DNA of 64,000 nt from Gammaproteobacteria bacterium (lineage in GTDB: Bacteria; Pseudomonadota; Gammaproteobacteria; UBA4575), in NCBI GenBank assembly GCA_965243395.1, contig CBDEUS010000001.1:1-64000 (forward strand), given 5' to 3'. A program made the translations under genes and the position numbers. The notes below the pieces were generated by a model. It was given only the letters and a program-made list of their open reading frames with translations, ran no database searches and was not told the DNA's origin. Shown one piece after another: positions 50,190-61,397 of the stretch. The stretch's first letter is position 1; the number at the start of each line of letters is the position of its first letter.

Positions 50190-50663
50190 ATGCTTAAGCA
50201 TTTGAGGTGCCTATTGTTGGTGCTGTTATTTTTATTGTGTATCTCTTCGGCACATGCTGTTATTCGCATATATGGGTTAGAAGATTTTAGTTTAGGCAGA
50301 TGGGTAACAGGTTCGGGATCAATCCGCGCTAATGCAAATATATGTGTTGCAGTGAGACCCCGCGGTCCATATCAGATTACTGCATACGGACAGGGCCCAG
50401 CGAACGCCTTTGTCCTTTCCGATGCAGGTGTACATTTACCATTTCGATTATTTTTCAATGATCGTCCACGTCCAAATGGGGCACAAGAGTTATTTGCCGG
50501 ACAGACGCTTGGAGGATTGCGTGGTAGAAGAGGGCGAGGGATTCGTAGGCAGTGCAGTCGGCCTACAGCAAACATTGCGGTTCTTGTTTCTGATTCTGAC
50601 CTTACACAGGTACCCGCAGGTCGTTATCGTGGCACCATTGTTTTTGTAGTGGGTCCAGAATAA
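50190..50663 (+). CDS. Arg-rich minor pilin-like subunit
   Basis: Signal peptide, Cys pair, C-terminal AGRYRGTIVFVVGPE. Confidence 0.75.
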   Translation: MLKHLRCLLLVLLFLLCISSAHAVIRIYGLEDFSLGRWVTGSGSIRANANICVAVRPRGPYQITAYGQGPANAFVLSDAGVHLPFRLFFNDRPRPNGAQELFAGQTLGGLRGRRGRGIRRQCSRPTANIAVLVSDSDLTQVPAGRYRGTIVFVVGPE

Positions 50664-50665
50664 AA

Positions 50666-53119
50666 CTAGTTGTTGCAGACTAAGCTATCAACAAAAGCCA
50701 CCCCTTGTTTAATTTCGAGTTCAGGAAGTTCAATGGTGCATGTAGCAGTACCATTTTTAGAAACCTCAAGTGGTTTTGTACCGATAATTTCCGCTTGTAG
50801 CCAACCATCCTGATCTGTAACAGCATATCCAACAGCATTGTCTATACGCATGCGTGAAGCAGGTTCCCCATTTTTCAATTCAACTCGAGTGATCAATACT
50901 GTAATTGGCTGAACTTCATAATCTAATGTTTCTACATTGCCTGGATACAGTGTTACTTTTCTAAGGCCTTCATCAAAATGTAATAACTCATCGCTCTGTG
51001 AGCGAATTGAGATGCTGTAGGTTTGAAACGCAATTAAAGGTAGTACTGTGCGATGACCTATTTTTGCAATCCCTCTTGGCTGTCCATTTACAAATATTTC
51101 GAAAGGCTCATTTTTTGTTGGTCCTTCAATATTTAAAATTACTCCACTGTCTGTATTGCGTTGACCACCGAATGCAAGTTGGCCATCGTTAGATAATAGA
51201 TTTGTATTTTGAACACCTCGATAGCGTAAGAAACTTCCACGTTCGTTATCATCTACCTGCTCTATCTGAGTATCGAATCGACCAAAGGAAGAAATATTTT
51301 CAGCACGTAAGCCTGCTGAGGATCGCTCTAACTCTTCTGAAAGAAACCCACCTAATGTGAATTCACCATATTGAAAGTCTTCATAACTCTTATTCAAATT
51401 TGCAAATATCACAGGACCTTGATCAGTTTCCCCATCCGTTTCAGTTGCTAAATATCTTGGACGTATACTCAAATTATGGTTTGGCGCAGATTTTGTAATA
51501 CGTATACCAGCTTGCAGATTGTAATCATCTTCTTCAAAAAACGAACTTAAATTGGCTTCAATAGAATAACGATTTCTGTGAAATAAAGGATATCGGTACT
51601 CTAAACCATAAGATGTGCTTGCTTCCTCAGTGCGTCTATCACGATATTGAGTGCGTAAGATTAAATTTCCTCTACTAAGCGGAATACTTGCAGACATATT
51701 TCCTTGACTGAAATCACTTGGCAAGATTCGAACATCTATGTCCTCGTCATCATCGATCTTTGATTCGACCTGACGATAATCCATATTCAGGGATATTCCT
51801 TTAAATCGAAACTGTCCTAGCAAATGCAAGCCCCATTCACCTTCAGCACCGATCATTGTTGCATTTTGCAAAATATAACCTGATCCAAAATAAGCAAGAC
51901 TGCTTTGTAATAAATCAGTGTCTTTTGAATGTAAAAACTCCAATGATGCGCCAAGATTATTTTTAAGGCGATACGCAGTTCCTGCGCGCAACAATTCTGC
52001 GCTGGAAATATCCGGTAAACTACCATTTGAAACGTCTTTCTCAAGTATACCAAGCTCCAAATAATGTAATGGCTGATCCATAGGTGGGAGTATCGACGAC
52101 TTTACAAAAAAGTATTGCTCTTCTCGTGTACTGCCACTGGAGTCCGTAATACGTAATGTAATCGGATAAGAACCGGATGGCAGCCTCAGGGTATTGAGCT
52201 GTTGATTACCAGTATCATAAATACCACCGTCAATGAGTTTGCCATCTTTAAAAACTTCAATTTGACTGCGTGAATTTAAAAACAAAAAGATTTCTGTTGC
52301 TTGAGAATAATCTAAATCAGCGCGTGTTCGAGTAGATCCATAGATACGTGTTCCGAGTAAATCCAAGCTATTTGTAAATGAACTAAATTGCGTACTTGAA
52401 TTGTAATAACCAAGCTCTTTTGCAATGCCTGAATTGTCATTTTGTAGTGACAAAGTCTCGAGATTAAAATCACGTGTATTGGAATAATCCCACTGGGTTT
52501 GCATTCTTGATTGTCCACGAGAAATGATATGATTTGCTCCCGTTGTGTATGCAGTTTCTCCATCTTCTCCGCTAAAACTGCTGGAAAAGGAACTTACGCT
52601 GGTAAATTTATCTGATGTGTTCTTTGGTAAAAACTTATTTGACACAATTCCCTGCGGCAACAGCTGTAATTTGTTTACAAACACATGTAAATGAAATCGA
52701 CTTTCATCGAAGATCACACCAGCAATATTAGGTTCAATGATTCCACAATCTCTTTGCAAATCAGATAAGCATACCGAACCCGCGTGAGTATCGAGTGGCC
52801 CACTAAGAGCGTCAATAATTACAGCTGGATCAATTAAATGTGGAATTAAAGCAGTGACCTCGTCTGGGAACGTTAATTCGATACTCTTTGGTGTATAGGT
52901 TGCAAGTGTGTTACCAACTTTATCACCACCATAGTACACATCTACTTCTGTGGTTTGTGGGAGTACTAAATCTTCAAAACCGGGAGGAGGTCCATCTTTG
53001 ACTCGAATAGCGGGTGTATCTTCTGCAAGAACTTGTGATGAAAAAAAGATTACGTGCGATAAATATATACACACGCATAGGAACATGTTGACTACAAAGT
53101 ATTGCAGTTTACTTTGCAT
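50666..53119 (-). CDS. TcfC/CfaC-like fimbrial usher outer-membrane protein
   Basis: PPPGFEDL N-terminus, GNQQLNTLRLPSGSYPITLRI, TDQDGWLQAE, terminal Cys pair. Confidence 0.85.
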   Translation of the reverse strand: MQSKLQYFVVNMFLCVCIYLSHVIFFSSQVLAEDTPAIRVKDGPPPGFEDLVLPQTTEVDVYYGGDKVGNTLATYTPKSIELTFPDEVTALIPHLIDPAVIIDALSGPLDTHAGSVCLSDLQRDCGIIEPNIAGVIFDESRFHLHVFVNKLQLLPQGIVSNKFLPKNTSDKFTSVSSFSSSFSGEDGETAYTTGANHIISRGQSRMQTQWDYSNTRDFNLETLSLQNDNSGIAKELGYYNSSTQFSSFTNSLDLLGTRIYGSTRTRADLDYSQATEIFLFLNSRSQIEVFKDGKLIDGGIYDTGNQQLNTLRLPSGSYPITLRITDSSGSTREEQYFFVKSSILPPMDQPLHYLELGILEKDVSNGSLPDISSAELLRAGTAYRLKNNLGASLEFLHSKDTDLLQSSLAYFGSGYILQNATMIGAEGEWGLHLLGQFRFKGISLNMDYRQVESKIDDDEDIDVRILPSDFSQGNMSASIPLSRGNLILRTQYRDRRTEEASTSYGLEYRYPLFHRNRYSIEANLSSFFEEDDYNLQAGIRITKSAPNHNLSIRPRYLATETDGETDQGPVIFANLNKSYEDFQYGEFTLGGFLSEELERSSAGLRAENISSFGRFDTQIEQVDDNERGSFLRYRGVQNTNLLSNDGQLAFGGQRNTDSGVILNIEGPTKNEPFEIFVNGQPRGIAKIGHRTVLPLIAFQTYSISIRSQSDELLHFDEGLRKVTLYPGNVETLDYEVQPITVLITRVELKNGEPASRMRIDNAVGYAVTDQDGWLQAEIIGTKPLEVSKNGTATCTIELPELEIKQGVAFVDSLVCNN

Positions 53120-53149
53120 GAGCAGTCTGTAAAAACTAATTATTAAAGA

Positions 53150-53893
53150 TTATTTGTAAGTTTCAACAGAGTTTTTCGTGCCCACACTCATTTGGTAATC
53201 AACGGCTTTGTTATAAGGCAATTCAAGCGTCCAACTATTTCCGGGATATAAACGTCGTCCTGTTAAACGTTGGCAACTTTCAGAATCATTCGAGGCGCCA
53301 TCAGGGCATTGCTTACCCTCACGCAATAAAATGTTTGTATTGCCTTTATTTTCAAAAAATATTGATTTTCCAGAACGCTTGGCGATTAAATTGGGTTCTG
53401 GTGTTGCAGGTTGCATGAGAACTAATACCTCATAACCAACTAAAATTTTAACGCCAATTTGTTCAGTTTCTAAATCACCTATAACAGGCTTAAAAGTTAC
53501 TCGATACACGCGTTCTTTTTCGCCAAGAGGTTGCAAAGAAACTACACGCACTAGCTTTCTTCCGCCAGGAGGCACAACAAGTTTGTTGGGTGTGACTAAC
53601 AAACCAGATTCACGAGGATCATTTATTGTTAGACGATGCTCAGTTTCCGTGCCAGGTTCTGCGACTATTGAAGGTGTAATTTCAATGTATAGGTTTTCTG
53701 AGTTACTTGGGTTTTCAACTTCTATGTCCTTACGTAATGGTTTGCCCGGTTCAAAATGAATAATCGCTTCACTTAAAACCATGTTGGCAAATACACTAGA
53801 TACGGGTGTGAGAAATAAAAAACACATTGCAACGAAAAGCGCTAAATGTGCGAGAAATTTTTGTGTAGTTAAAATTTTATGTTGAATAGGCAT
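53150..53893 (-). CDS. Fimbrial periplasmic chaperone
   Basis: LLVTPNKLVVPPGGRKLVRV, ERVYRVTFKP, ENKGNTN, RLYPG motifs. Confidence 0.85.
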   Translation of the reverse strand: MPIQHKILTTQKFLAHLALFVAMCFLFLTPVSSVFANMVLSEAIIHFEPGKPLRKDIEVENPSNSENLYIEITPSIVAEPGTETEHRLTINDPRESGLLVTPNKLVVPPGGRKLVRVVSLQPLGEKERVYRVTFKPVIGDLETEQIGVKILVGYEVLVLMQPATPEPNLIAKRSGKSIFFENKGNTNILLREGKQCPDGASNDSESCQRLTGRRLYPGNSWTLELPYNKAVDYQMSVGTKNSVETYK

Positions 53894-54205
53894 CAGAACT
53901 TAATCCTTGGTTATATTTTACTCATTATCTATGTATGACATACACACACATTGGATTAGAGTGCCTAATTAACTGAATTTCCAACAGAAATTGCCAAAAC
54001 GTCCTTTTTTGTTGATTGGCTGGGATTAGTGTTTAAACGATTCTAGATAGGTTTAAAGTACTTACAGTTCGTCGCTATAAACGTCGCTTTCATACCTGTG
54101 ACAAAGGTATCAGTCACTCTACATAATTCTTCACAATTGACCCACATTTTTGCCATTTTTGAGCATTAGTTTGTTGTCAATCACCATCAGATAAATTGGA
54201 AAAAC

Positions 54206-55723
54206 ATGATTTATGGAATGCTAGTTTTGCTGATCTTGCTCGCTGTGTTAATTGGCATTGGGTTTCTAATTTATTTATTGGTCCGAAAAATTCAACAAAT
54301 AAGTAAAAGCGCTATGGACAATGATAATTCAAAAATCGGTAATCAATCAGGCAAAAATGCAAAAAGTATGAGTGAAACTTTAACGATACGAGCACTAATT
54401 GTTGGTGTGATTGCATTAGTAATGCTAATTCCCTTGGTGATGATGCAAGGTGTTGTTGATGAACGAAATGGATTATATAGAAATGTTTTGCATGACATTG
54501 CAAATACTTGGGGAGGTCGACAATTATTGCAAGGACCTATGTTGGTAGTACCATTTATAGAAAAGCATGTTAACCGAGAAACAACCACAGATGAAAATGG
54601 CGAAGAAAAAGTTAAAACTAAAATTACCTATAAAACTAAATATGCTATTCACTTGCCAAAAGATTTAAAAATTAATGTTGACTTAAAGGAGCAGCATCGC
54701 AAGCGAGGTATTTATAAGTCTTTAGTATATGAAGCAGCGATATCTTTGTCGGGTAGTTTTGGACAATTAGACGTTGAAAAAATGTCAGATTACATTCATC
54801 GAATTGATTGGGATAAGGCATACTTTGTTTTGGGCTTGTCCGATACGCGGGCCATAAATGAAGTTGCGCCATTGAATTGGAATGGTGTTGAACTTGGTTA
54901 TTCTCCAGGAACAGGAGTCACTAATTTAATTACTCATGGTTTTCGTGCCAGCATTAAAAATTTAAGTGCGGCAACAGAAACACATGAATTTGCTACTAAA
55001 ATTTCTATCAATGGTAGTCAGGGTTTTAGGTTTGCGCCATTTGGTGAAAAGACCATTGTTTCAATGCAGTCCACATGGCCACATCCTAGCTTTCAAGGGA
55101 TGACGCTACCCTCAAAGCATAAAATTACAGAAACAGGATTTACAGCAGAATGGGTAATCCCGCATTTGGCTCGAAACTATCCTCAGGCATGGGTGTCAGG
55201 AAATGCAGGTTATCATCTCGGTGAATTTGTCGCCGGAGTAGACTTATTTGAACCTGTATTTCTCTATTCAAAAATGACGCGTGCAGTAAAATACGGCATT
55301 TTATTTATAGGATTAACGTTTTTAACTTTTCTTATCTTTGAGCTAACTATGCAAGCTCGTTTGCACTATGTGCAATATGGATTAATCGGTGTGGCCTTAG
55401 CTATTTTTTATTTAGTATTGTTATCGATAGCTGAACACACAGCATTTATAAATGCATATATTGTTGCGGCAGTTATTAATATTGGACTGATAACTTTATA
55501 TACGGCTGCAGCACTGAGAAACTGGTCTAAAGCCGGAATTATTTTTGTACTGTTAGGCGCGTTATACGCCGTACTGTATTCATTACTTCAGTTAGAAGAC
55601 TACGCGCTATTAATGGGAACGATGCTGTTATTATCTGTATTGATAGTACTGATGTATGTTACCCGTAATCTTCGCGTGAACTCATCAAGTGATAGTAATA
55701 TTCCTCATCTTGGTAATGGATAA
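54206..55723 (+). CDS. creD: Cell envelope integrity inner-membrane protein CreD
   Basis: STWPHPSFQG, RAVKYGILFIGLTF, LHYVQYGLIG, LQLEDYALLMGT, MYVTR motifs. Confidence 0.93.
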   Translation: MIYGMLVLLILLAVLIGIGFLIYLLVRKIQQISKSAMDNDNSKIGNQSGKNAKSMSETLTIRALIVGVIALVMLIPLVMMQGVVDERNGLYRNVLHDIANTWGGRQLLQGPMLVVPFIEKHVNRETTTDENGEEKVKTKITYKTKYAIHLPKDLKINVDLKEQHRKRGIYKSLVYEAAISLSGSFGQLDVEKMSDYIHRIDWDKAYFVLGLSDTRAINEVAPLNWNGVELGYSPGTGVTNLITHGFRASIKNLSAATETHEFATKISINGSQGFRFAPFGEKTIVSMQSTWPHPSFQGMTLPSKHKITETGFTAEWVIPHLARNYPQAWVSGNAGYHLGEFVAGVDLFEPVFLYSKMTRAVKYGILFIGLTFLTFLIFELTMQARLHYVQYGLIGVALAIFYLVLLSIAEHTAFINAYIVAAVINIGLITLYTAAALRNWSKAGIIFVLLGALYAVLYSLLQLEDYALLMGTMLLLSVLIVLMYVTRNLRVNSSSDSNIPHLGNG

Positions 55724-55828
55724 GATAAATAAAATACTGCAAAATTTGCTACGCATCGGGAACAAATAGTTTATCTTTGTAATCTTATGCATACATCATT
55801 TAAAAGACTTTTTAGCGGAGCAATGTAA

Positions 55829-56140
55829 ATGAAACAGTTTGTAGGACTTATTAGTATTTTATTTGTAGCACTTTCTTCAGGTGCCGTTTTTGCAGGCGAT
55901 GCAGAAGCAGGAAAATCAAAATCCATAACCTGTGCTGCTTGTCATGGTGGAGAAGGCATTAGCCCTAATGGACTATGGCCGAATCTCGCAGGTCAAAAAG
56001 AAGAATACTTAGCAGCACAAATCAAGGCATTTCGAGATGGTGCTAGAGAAAACGCACAAATGGCGCCAATGGTGGCAAATCTAAGCGATGAAGATATTGC
56101 AGATCTTGCCGCGTACTACGCGTCTTTGGGTTGCAAATAA
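55829..56140 (+). CDS. Monoheme cytochrome c (c553/c554-like)
   Basis: Signal peptide, CAACHG heme site, PNLAGQ, Met ligand region QMAPMV. Confidence 0.95.
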   Translation: MKQFVGLISILFVALSSGAVFAGDAEAGKSKSITCAACHGGEGISPNGLWPNLAGQKEEYLAAQIKAFRDGARENAQMAPMVANLSDEDIADLAAYYASLGCK

Positions 56141-56155
56141 GATTTGTCAGGCTGA

Positions 56156-56638
56156 CTATGCGGCTATGTAGCGTAGTCCGCCTGCTACCATCACTACTAT
56201 TACACCAAGTAATAAATTAATTCCGATGAATTTGCGAATTTGCGCGAGGTGTTCGCTGGCAAGCTGAAAGTTTTCTTGTTTGACTGCTTTGCATAAGCGT
56301 CGAAAGGGCGCAAAAAATACATGCAAGAAAATTAAAATCATAATCACACCTATCACTTGCATGATGTGAATGTGCCAGCCGACACGCGCCATACCTCCGT
56401 AGTGTGCTGCAATGATCCAATAGCCGGTTGCGGGTAATGTAATGATGCATACCCAAACCCAAAAGAAGAAGCTCGAAAGTGTTCTCTTCCATAGTTTCAA
56501 GCGTTGGGGCATTTCCAGGGCCTTGGCGGCAGCAGGTCGTAATGAGATATAGGCGAAGAACATTCCACCTACCCATATAACTGCAGCAATTAAATGAGCT
56601 GCAACGGCAGCTGGGAAGTAATATGGCTGTAAGTCCAC
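56156..56638 (-). CDS. CopD/DUF4149-like membrane protein
   Basis: HLIAAVIWVGGMFFAY..LRPA pattern. Confidence 0.8.
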   Translation of the reverse strand: MDLQPYYFPAAVAAHLIAAVIWVGGMFFAYISLRPAAAKALEMPQRLKLWKRTLSSFFFWVWVCIITLPATGYWIIAAHYGGMARVGWHIHIMQVIGVIMILIFLHVFFAPFRRLCKAVKQENFQLASEHLAQIRKFIGINLLLGVIVVMVAGGLRYIAA

Positions 56639-56789
56639 TTTGTACTCTCTCTTATCTAGTTCTTTTATTATCTTCAGAGTGATGGACGGTGCGTCCTGAT
56701 CTACAGATAAAGTTTACTGCATGTTTGCTGCAAATTATATGCTGATAGGCTAAAGTGCAGGCCTGATTTAAGTCAAACGTAGTTAAAGT

Positions 56790-57488
56790 ATGTCACAAGA
56801 AAGGCCAAACTCAGATTGGATAGCACCTTCTATTCTCTCAGCCGATTTTGCAAGATTGGGCGAAGAAGTGACTGCAGTGCTGGAGGCAGGCGCAGACATC
56901 ATTCATTTTGATGTAATGGATAATCACTATGTACCGAACTTAACCTTTGGACCGGTAATCTGTAAGGCACTACGAGACTACGGAATACAAGCACCGATAG
57001 ATGTGCATTTAATGGTCAAACCTGTGGACCGCTTGATTTCTGACTTTGCGGCTGCAGGTGCGAGCTATATAACTTTTCACCCCGAAGCATCGGAGCATGT
57101 TGATCGCAGTTTGCAATTAATACGTGATCAAGGATGTAAGGCAGGCTTGGTATTTAATCCAGCAACATCTTTGGATCAATTAGAATATGTATTAGATAAG
57201 ATCGACATGGTTTTACTGATGTCAGTTAATCCAGGTTTTGGCGGCCAAAAATTTATCCCAGCAATTTTGAAAAAATTAAAGCAGGCTAAAAAACTAATTG
57301 AACAATCAGGGTTGCCGATTCGGTTAGAAATTGACGGCGGTGTTAAAGTAGATAACATAGCTGAAATTAAAGCTGCAGGTGCTGATACTTTTGTTGCAGG
57401 TTCTGCAATTTTTAACACCAAAGATTATAAAGGCACGATCGCCAAAATGCGCGAACAACTTGGCAGCTCTTCCAAAGTTACCACTTAA
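56790..57488 (+). CDS. rpe: Ribulose-phosphate 3-epimerase
   Basis: [37 protein letters not shown] motifs. Confidence 0.99.
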   Translation: MSQERPNSDWIAPSILSADFARLGEEVTAVLEAGADIIHFDVMDNHYVPNLTFGPVICKALRDYGIQAPIDVHLMVKPVDRLISDFAAAGASYITFHPEASEHVDRSLQLIRDQGCKAGLVFNPATSLDQLEYVLDKIDMVLLMSVNPGFGGQKFIPAILKKLKQAKKLIEQSGLPIRLEIDGGVKVDNIAEIKAAGADTFVAGSAIFNTKDYKGTIAKMREQLGSSSKVTT

Positions 57489-57500
57489 TAATTTTCTGTT

Positions 57501-58187
57501 TTGAATAATTCTCTAACGCACACGCAATGCGTGATTTTTGATTTGGATGGAACATTAGTAGACAGTGCTCCAGATATCGCGATCAGCATGAATATAATGT
57601 TGCAAGAACTTGGTTATCCAACACATGATCTTGCTCAAGTTAGGAATTGGATGGGAAATGGTGCTGGAAAATTAATTAAACGCGCGCTCACAGGGAAGAT
57701 GGATGGAGAGCCCCCAAAAGAGTTGTTCAAAAGAGCCCAGCAAATATTTTTTGATGTTTATGAACAAAACATACATGCTGAAAGCACATTGTATGAGGGT
57801 GTATTAGAAGGATTGAATATTTTACGTGAGCAGCCTTATTTCATCGCTTGTGTCACCAATAAGCCTAGAAGATTTACACCACCCTTGTTGAAAGCCTTTA
57901 ATTTAAAACAGTATTTTGATTGTTTAATCTGTGGTGACGACCTCGCTGTAAAAAAGCCCGATCCTCAGGTATTACAGAATGTACTCCGTGAGGCAAATGT
58001 AGGTCCTAGGCAAACAGTAATGGTTGGGGACTCCGCTAGTGATATAAAAGCGGCTCGAGCAGCTAATATCACATCATTTTGTGTCCGATATGGATATCAT
58101 CAGGGAGTAGGTGTTGATGCTTTGGGCGCAGACTATATAATCGACTCCATTGAGGAAGTGCCTCAGTATCTATCGAATACAGATTAA
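57501..58187 (+). CDS. gph: Phosphoglycolate phosphatase (HAD)
   Basis: FDLDGTLVDSAPD, VTNKP, KKPDP, MVGDS motifs; sits in the conserved rpe-gph-trpE order. Confidence 0.93.
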   Translation: MNNSLTHTQCVIFDLDGTLVDSAPDIAISMNIMLQELGYPTHDLAQVRNWMGNGAGKLIKRALTGKMDGEPPKELFKRAQQIFFDVYEQNIHAESTLYEGVLEGLNILREQPYFIACVTNKPRRFTPPLLKAFNLKQYFDCLICGDDLAVKKPDPQVLQNVLREANVGPRQTVMVGDSASDIKAARAANITSFCVRYGYHQGVGVDALGADYIIDSIEEVPQYLSNTD

Positions 58188-58200
58188 GGAATTATTTTCA

Positions 58201-58254
58201 ATGATCATCTCATTACAGAAAGGAATAGCTTGGCTTTTTAGTTGGCGTAGCTAG
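58201..58254 (+). CDS. trpL: Putative Trp attenuation leader peptide MIISLQKGIAWLFSWRS
   Basis: AAGGA RBS at 58186, ATG at 58201, two TGG codons, ends W-R-S-stop, 55 bp before trpE. Confidence 0.6.
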   Translation: MIISLQKGIAWLFSWRS

Positions 58255-58309
58255 TTGTAACTAGTTGACCTGACTTATTCGCTGTTCTTTTTTTCGATTT
58301 GGAGATGAT

Positions 58310-59776
58310 ATGGATTCCGCACAATTTGACTCACTAAAAAACCAAGGTTACACCTGTATTCCGCTGGTGCGTGAAGTGCTGGCAGATCTTGATACCCCTC
58401 TTAGTGCTTACTTAAAGCTAGCTCATCAGCCTTACACCTATTTATTTGAGTCGGTGCAGGGGGGAGAACGTTGGGGTCGTTATTCTTTTATTGGTTTATC
58501 TTGTGCTGAACGCATTAAAGTATTTGGCAATAAAATAGTACATGAGTTTGATAAAGATGCTAATGAGGAACATGTTGATGACCCATTAGGCTGGATTCAA
58601 AACTATTTACAACAATTTCATGTTCCAGATATTCCTGATTTGCCACGTTTTACGGGTGGTGTTGTAGGCTATTTCGGTTATGAAACAATTCAATACATAG
58701 AACCGCGTCTTAAAAAAGCTACAAAACCTGATGTGCTGCAAACACCTGATATTTTTTTGATGGTATCAAAAGAATTAGTAGTTTTTGATAACTTAAGCGG
58801 GAAGATTTTCTTAATTGTTCATGTTGACCCAAAAGATGATCAAGCATTAGAACACGGAAAACAGAAATTAAATTCACTAACAGAAATGCTTCATCATATT
58901 GTGCCAGATGTAAATGCTAACTCGACTGTGTCTAATGTAAATTTCGTTACCGAGTATCCTGAAGATGAATTCAAACAAGCGGTAGAGTCAACCCGTGATT
59001 ACATTCGTGCTGGAGATGTAATGCAGGTTGTTTTGTCTCAGAGACAAAGCACAGATTTTACGGTTCCCCCCATCAACTTATATCGTAGTTTACGAAGCTT
59101 GAACCCTTCTCCCTACATGTATTACATGAACATGAATGATTTTTATATTGTAGGTTCCTCGCCAGAAATTTTAGTGAGGTTAGAAGACGGTGAAGTCACA
59201 GTAAGACCTATAGCAGGCACTAGACCGCGCGGGGATGATGCTCAGCTAGACATAGCATTTGAGAAAGAGTTACTGGCCGACCCTAAAGAGTTAGCCGAGC
59301 ATCTAATGCTAATAGACCTTGGTCGAAACGATGTGGGGCGCGTTGCAAAAACAGGAACAGTACAGTTGACTGACAAGATGATTATTGAACGTTATTCTCA
59401 TGTTATGCATATCGTTTCAAATGTAATTGGGGAGCTTGGTGAAAATCTAGATGCTATTGATGTATTAAAAGCAACTTTCCCAGCGGGCACAGTGAGTGGC
59501 GCGCCCAAAATACGTGCGATGGAAATTATTGACGAATTTGAACCAACTAAACGCGGAATTTATTCTGGTGCGGTGGGATATATTTCGTGGGATGGAAATA
59601 TGGATACCGCCATAGCAATACGCACTGCAGTTATTAAAGATGAAAAGCTTTATATACAGGCAGGCGCAGGGATTGTTTATGATTCAATTCCAGAAAATGA
59701 ATGGATAGAAACTAACAATAAAGCCGGTGCAATGAAGAAAGCCGCTGAGCTTGCTAATTTAATTAATCAAAAGTGA
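58310..59776 (+). CDS. trpE: Anthranilate synthase component I
   Basis: LNPSPYMY, GSSPEILV, RPIAGTR, EHLMLIDLGRND, FPAGTVSGAPK motifs. Confidence 0.98.
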   Translation: MDSAQFDSLKNQGYTCIPLVREVLADLDTPLSAYLKLAHQPYTYLFESVQGGERWGRYSFIGLSCAERIKVFGNKIVHEFDKDANEEHVDDPLGWIQNYLQQFHVPDIPDLPRFTGGVVGYFGYETIQYIEPRLKKATKPDVLQTPDIFLMVSKELVVFDNLSGKIFLIVHVDPKDDQALEHGKQKLNSLTEMLHHIVPDVNANSTVSNVNFVTEYPEDEFKQAVESTRDYIRAGDVMQVVLSQRQSTDFTVPPINLYRSLRSLNPSPYMYYMNMNDFYIVGSSPEILVRLEDGEVTVRPIAGTRPRGDDAQLDIAFEKELLADPKELAEHLMLIDLGRNDVGRVAKTGTVQLTDKMIIERYSHVMHIVSNVIGELGENLDAIDVLKATFPAGTVSGAPKIRAMEIIDEFEPTKRGIYSGAVGYISWDGNMDTAIAIRTAVIKDEKLYIQAGAGIVYDSIPENEWIETNNKAGAMKKAAELANLINQK

Positions 59777-59785
59777 ATTAATACC

Positions 59786-60367
59786 ATGATATTAATGATC
59801 GACAACTATGATTCGTTCACTTACAACCTCGTGCAATATTTAGGTGAGATTGGTGAGGAAGTAAAGGTGGTACGAAATGATCAGATTGGTGTGAAAGAAA
59901 TTAAAAACTTGCAACCTGATCATATTGTTATTTCTCCAGGACCATGTACGCCGAATGAAGCGGGTGTTTCGTTGGAAACTATTACTGAGCTAGGTGGTGA
60001 AATACCCATTCTGGGCGTTTGCCTGGGGCACCAAAGCATAGGTCAAGCCTATGGCGGTAATATCGTTAAAGCCCAGGAAGTCATGCATGGTAAAACATCC
60101 AAAGTTCATCATCACAATAAACATGTATTTGAAAAATGCGACAACCCTTTTACCGCAACACGCTATCATTCCTTAGTCATTGAAAAACAATCTATACCAG
60201 AATGTTTAGAAGTTACAGCGTGGACTGAAGATGAGTCGGGTGAATTGGATGAAATCATGGGGGTGCGCCATAAACAGTTTGCGGTTGAAGGTGTGCAGTT
60301 TCATCCAGAATCCATACTTACCGATTTTGGCCATCACTTATTAACCAATTTTGTTCGTCAAAACTAA
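59786..60367 (+). CDS. trpG: Anthranilate synthase component II (glutamine amidotransferase)
   Basis: [30 protein letters not shown] motifs. Confidence 0.97.
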   Translation: MILMIDNYDSFTYNLVQYLGEIGEEVKVVRNDQIGVKEIKNLQPDHIVISPGPCTPNEAGVSLETITELGGEIPILGVCLGHQSIGQAYGGNIVKAQEVMHGKTSKVHHHNKHVFEKCDNPFTATRYHSLVIEKQSIPECLEVTAWTEDESGELDEIMGVRHKQFAVEGVQFHPESILTDFGHHLLTNFVRQN

Positions 60368-60375
60368 CTTTCATT

Positions 60376-61395
60376 ATGAATATACAACAAGCAATTAATA
60401 CCGTAATTGAAGGGAATAATTTAAATCGCGATGACATGACAACAGTAATGCGAAGTGTGATGTCAGGTGAAGCTACGCCTTCGCAAGTTGCAGGTTTGCT
60501 TGTGGCCTTGCGTATGAAAGGCGAAGTGGTGGACGAGATTTCTGCCGCCGCATCTGTGATGCGTGAACTATCTACCAAGGTAAATGTTGCCTCTGAAAAC
60601 TTAGTGGATACTTGCGGCACAGGTGGAGATGCTAAAGGTACGTTTAATGTTTCAACTACTGCTGCATTTGTTGTGGCGGCTGCCGGCGCTAGGGTGGCTA
60701 AGCATGGTAATCGTTCGGTATCGAGTAAAAGTGGAAGTGCTGATCTGCTAGAAAAAGCAGGGGTGAATTTACAACTCACACCAGAACAGGTGGCAAAATG
60801 TATAGAAGAGTTGGGTATAGGCTTTTTATTTGCGCCAGCCCACCACAGTGCTATGAAACATGCTATTGGTCCACGTAAAGAACTTGGCATAAGGACAATA
60901 TTTAATTTACTCGGTCCTTTGACAAATCCTGCCAATGCACCACACCAAGTATTGGGTGTGTTTAGTAGCGAATGGGTTGAGCCATTGGCAAAAGTCTTAC
61001 AGTCGCTTGGAAGTAAACATGTATTAGTTGTACATGCAGATGATGGTTTAGACGAAATTAGTATTAACAGTGATACTCAAGTAGCTGAGTTAATAGATGG
61101 AGAAGTTAAGAATTATTCAATTTCACCGGAACAATTTGGTATGCAAAAAAGAAGTCTTGAAGAAATTGTCGCTAGCGATGTTTCCGAGAGCCTACAAATT
61201 GTAAATAATGTTTTTGAAAATCAAGCAGGCGCTGCATTAGATATTGTAAGACTTAATGCTGGTGCTGCAATTTATGCAAGTGATAAAGCTGCAAGTTTAG
61301 AAGAGGGTATAGTGCAAGCTACTAACGTTATAGAAAATGGTGCTGCAAAAAATAAATTTCAACAGTACATAGAATTTACAAAAAGTATGAGTTAA
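60376..61395 (+). CDS. trpD: Anthranilate phosphoribosyltransferase
   Basis: [33 protein letters not shown] motifs. Confidence 0.98.
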   Translation: MNIQQAINTVIEGNNLNRDDMTTVMRSVMSGEATPSQVAGLLVALRMKGEVVDEISAAASVMRELSTKVNVASENLVDTCGTGGDAKGTFNVSTTAAFVVAAAGARVAKHGNRSVSSKSGSADLLEKAGVNLQLTPEQVAKCIEELGIGFLFAPAHHSAMKHAIGPRKELGIRTIFNLLGPLTNPANAPHQVLGVFSSEWVEPLAKVLQSLGSKHVLVVHADDGLDEISINSDTQVAELIDGEVKNYSISPEQFGMQKRSLEEIVASDVSESLQIVNNVFENQAGAALDIVRLNAGAAIYASDKAASLEEGIVQATNVIENGAAKNKFQQYIEFTKSMS

Positions 61396-61397
61396 AA

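Noticed and set aside
60318-60935. 205-aa minus-strand ORF, and similar antisense ORFs such as 15759-16373 and 33059-33637
   Set aside because: They lie opposite well-supported genes and have no recognisable motifs.
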